The notes under the pieces were generated by a model. That model searched no databases and was not told the origin of the DNA. It saw only the letters and a program-made list of their open reading frames with translations. A stretch of 64,000 bases of DNA from Vicinamibacteria bacterium. GTDB taxonomy: Bacteria > Acidobacteriota > Vicinamibacteria > Fen-336. This document shows, piece by piece, positions 62,507 through 64,000 of the stretch. A program made the position numbers and the translations under genes. How positions within the stretch are numbered: position 1 is the first letter of the stretch; every line of letters begins with the position of its first letter. Location: NCBI GenBank assembly GCA_025923995.1, contig JAICEW010000001.1, positions 4,513 through 68,512 of the forward strand. The letters run 5' to 3'.

Positions 62507-63771
62507 GCGGTGGCCTCGGCCGCGACCAGGCGGGCCTCGATCTCGGACGGCGCGATGCGGGTGATGGTGCCCAGCGCGTCCGACGCGGCCGCGAAGGGTT
62601 GCCGTGCCGGTCCCTCGCGCACCAGGAACGTCACCACCGCGACGCCCATCCGGCGCACCGAGCGCAGGAACGCCTCCCGCTCGTCGTCCCAGTCGAGCAC
62701 CACCGCCACGATCGTGGTGAGTTGCGAGAGCCGGGCGAGCAGTGGCGCCGCCACCACTTCGAACGGCGGCTCGGCGCACGGCTCGATGCACGCCAGCACG
62801 TCGAGCACGTTCCCGAGGAAGCCCAGGCTGCGCCCGGCGCTCACCTCGTAGAGGTCGGGGCCCGCCGCCAGCACGTCGACCACCTCCTCGCTGCGGCTCA
62901 TGCGGTCGGCGATGGACGCGAGCAGGGAGAGGGCCGCTTCGAAGGCCAGCCGGTCCGCCGCCCGCGGCCGGGGCGGGAGGTAGGTGTCGAGCACCAGCGC
63001 GACGCGCGAGAAGTACTCGTCGTGGTACTCCTTGACCACCGGCTGGCCGCGCCGGGCCCACGAGCGCCAGTGCACGCGCCGCAGCGGGTCGCCCTCGCGG
63101 AAGTCGCGCGTGCCGACGAACTCCGTCGAGTCGCCCAGGCTCGACGCCAGCGGGATGCCCCCCGGCTGGTAGCGCCGGCCCACGGGCAGCGACAGCGAGT
63201 CGAGCCCGTAGAAGCGGGGATACGCGAGCACGACCTGCTCCGGGTGGACCAGGCGGCGCGTCGACACCAGGCCGAGGGGATCGGTCCGTCCGGCGCCGAT
63301 CGACGGCAGGGTGAACCGGCCCCGGGCCGGGGGCCGGACCATCAGGCGGCCCTGCGCTTCGCGTCCCGGTCCGGGCGCCAGGTAGATCTCCGGCGTCTCG
63401 CGCACCAGCTCCGGCGACCCGCCCCACCGCCAGCCCACGACCAGCGGAACCGTGCGCCCGTCGAGCGAGGCGGTGTTGACGTCCACGAGGCCCGCGCGTC
63501 CGGCGGTGAGCCGCGCGGGCGCCGCGACGGTCAGGGAGGCGTGCGGCCTCCTCCTCAGGGCGAGGGGCAGGGCGGCCAGCAGGGGGCCCGCCGCGACGGC
63601 GAACAGCACGAAGACGTAGGCCTGCAGCGTGTCGATGCCCACGAACCCGAGCGCGAGCGCCATCCAGAGCACGTAGCGCCCGCGCCGCGTCAGCCGCTCG
63701 TGGTAGAGCCGCGAGACCAGGCGCGCGAGCCGGGAGGCCCGCAGCGCCCGCGAGAGGAACCCGCCGGACAT
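62503..63771 (-). CDS. DUF58-domain protein (MoxR-associated)
   Basis: FREGDPLRRVHWRSWARRGQPVVKEY motif. ATG 63771 overlapping the upstream stop (TGATG). Confidence 0.8.
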   Translation of the reverse strand: MSGGFLSRALRASRLARLVSRLYHERLTRRGRYVLWMALALGFVGIDTLQAYVFVLFAVAAGPLLAALPLALRRRPHASLTVAAPARLTAGRAGLVDVNTASLDGRTVPLVVGWRWGGSPELVRETPEIYLAPGPGREAQGRLMVRPPARGRFTLPSIGAGRTDPLGLVSTRRLVHPEQVVLAYPRFYGLDSLSLPVGRRYQPGGIPLASSLGDSTEFVGTRDFREGDPLRRVHWRSWARRGQPVVKEYHDEYFSRVALVLDTYLPPRPRAADRLAFEAALSLLASIADRMSRSEEVVDVLAAGPDLYEVSAGRSLGFLGNVLDVLACIEPCAEPPFEVVAAPLLARLSQLTTIVAVVLDWDDEREAFLRSVRRMGVAVVTFLVREGPARQPFAAASDALGTITRIAPSEIEARLVAAEATA

Positions 63772-64000
63772 CAGACGGGAACGACGACCTGGCCCAGGAC
63801 GTCCCGCACGACCGACTCCTTCGACACCCCGGAATAGCGCGCCTTGGTCTCCAGCCCCAGCCGGTGGGCCAGCACGGGCAGGGCCTCGGCCTTCACGTCC
63901 TCCGGCACCGCGTAGTCGCGGCCCGCGAGGAGCGCGCGCGCCTGGGCGACGCGGAACAGCGCCAGCGTGCCGCGCGGCGAGCAGCCCAGCTGCACCGACG
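63771..64000 (-). CDS. 3' end of a MoxR-like AAA+ ATPase gene (5' part outside the window)
   Basis: C-terminal ...YAVPEDVKAEALPVLAHRL... typical of the MoxR C-terminus. Context with DUF58 and transglutaminase. Confidence 0.6.
   Translation of the reverse strand, partial: SVQLGCSPRGTLALFRVAQARALLAGRDYAVPEDVKAEALPVLAHRLGLETKARYSGVSKESVVRDVLGQVVVPV

Noticed and set aside
57791-62851. 1686-aa plus-strand ORF and the overlapping 1345-aa minus-strand ORF 57858-61895
   Set aside because: Extremely Arg/Gly/Ala-rich low-complexity translations running antisense or out of frame across well-supported polB, transglutaminase and DUF58 genes. This is the typical open-frame artefact of 70% GC DNA.

Overview
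High-GC (~70%) bacterial chromosomal window, probably Acidobacteriota/Gemmatimonadota-like because it carries two TIGR03436-type 'VWFA-related acidobacterial domain' paralogs (this lineage call is inference). Because of the GC content every frame is open, so gene calls were made by recognising protein families in the ORF-track translations and then re-anchoring start codons by eye (signal peptides, Shine-Dalgarno motifs, stop/start overlaps).

Core and housekeeping content:
- mutS2-dnaG-rpoD operon with a clear intrinsic terminator after rpoD.
- Complete System I cytochrome c maturation operon, ccmABCDEFGHI plus a VKOR-DsbA fusion, with 1-4 nt stop/start overlaps at eight consecutive junctions (ccmC through the VKOR-DsbA gene).
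- An NHEJ-like module: secreted protein, xthA and an ATP-dependent ligase (LigD LigDom-like) are coupled, with a convergent LigD-type primase-polymerase gene.
- A moxR(partial)-DUF58-transglutaminase-polB-DinB_2-small protein operon.
- mgtE, a GAF/PAS GGDEF-EAL protein, a GT2 glycosyltransferase, a CDF transporter, larB, a PQQ-type sugar dehydrogenase, a dienelactone hydrolase, an amidohydrolase, an M2-like gluzincin and a Cas4-like PD-(D/E)XK nuclease.

Most unusual region (1-14600):
- A minus-strand array of at least seven secreted-protein genes (8554 down to position 1), several joined by ATGA/TGATG overlaps. In order: a 198-aa secreted protein, a metzincin protease, a Cys/Trp-rich protein, two paralogous tail-fibre-like repeat proteins with a shared N-terminal domain and different C-terminal repeat architectures, a DUF11 repeat protein, and a partial gene encoding a PPC-like domain.
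- Transcribed divergently from this array is a PPC-like/TPR/CHAT (caspase-like) protease followed by a Hanks Ser/Thr kinase with TolB-N-like and TPR domains.
- The PPC-like domain recurs at both ends of the locus.
- I propose this as an uncharacterised secreted protease/fibre (adhesin- or predation-like) system under CHAT/kinase control; this is a hypothesis.

No rRNA, tRNA, CRISPR or IS element was recognised.
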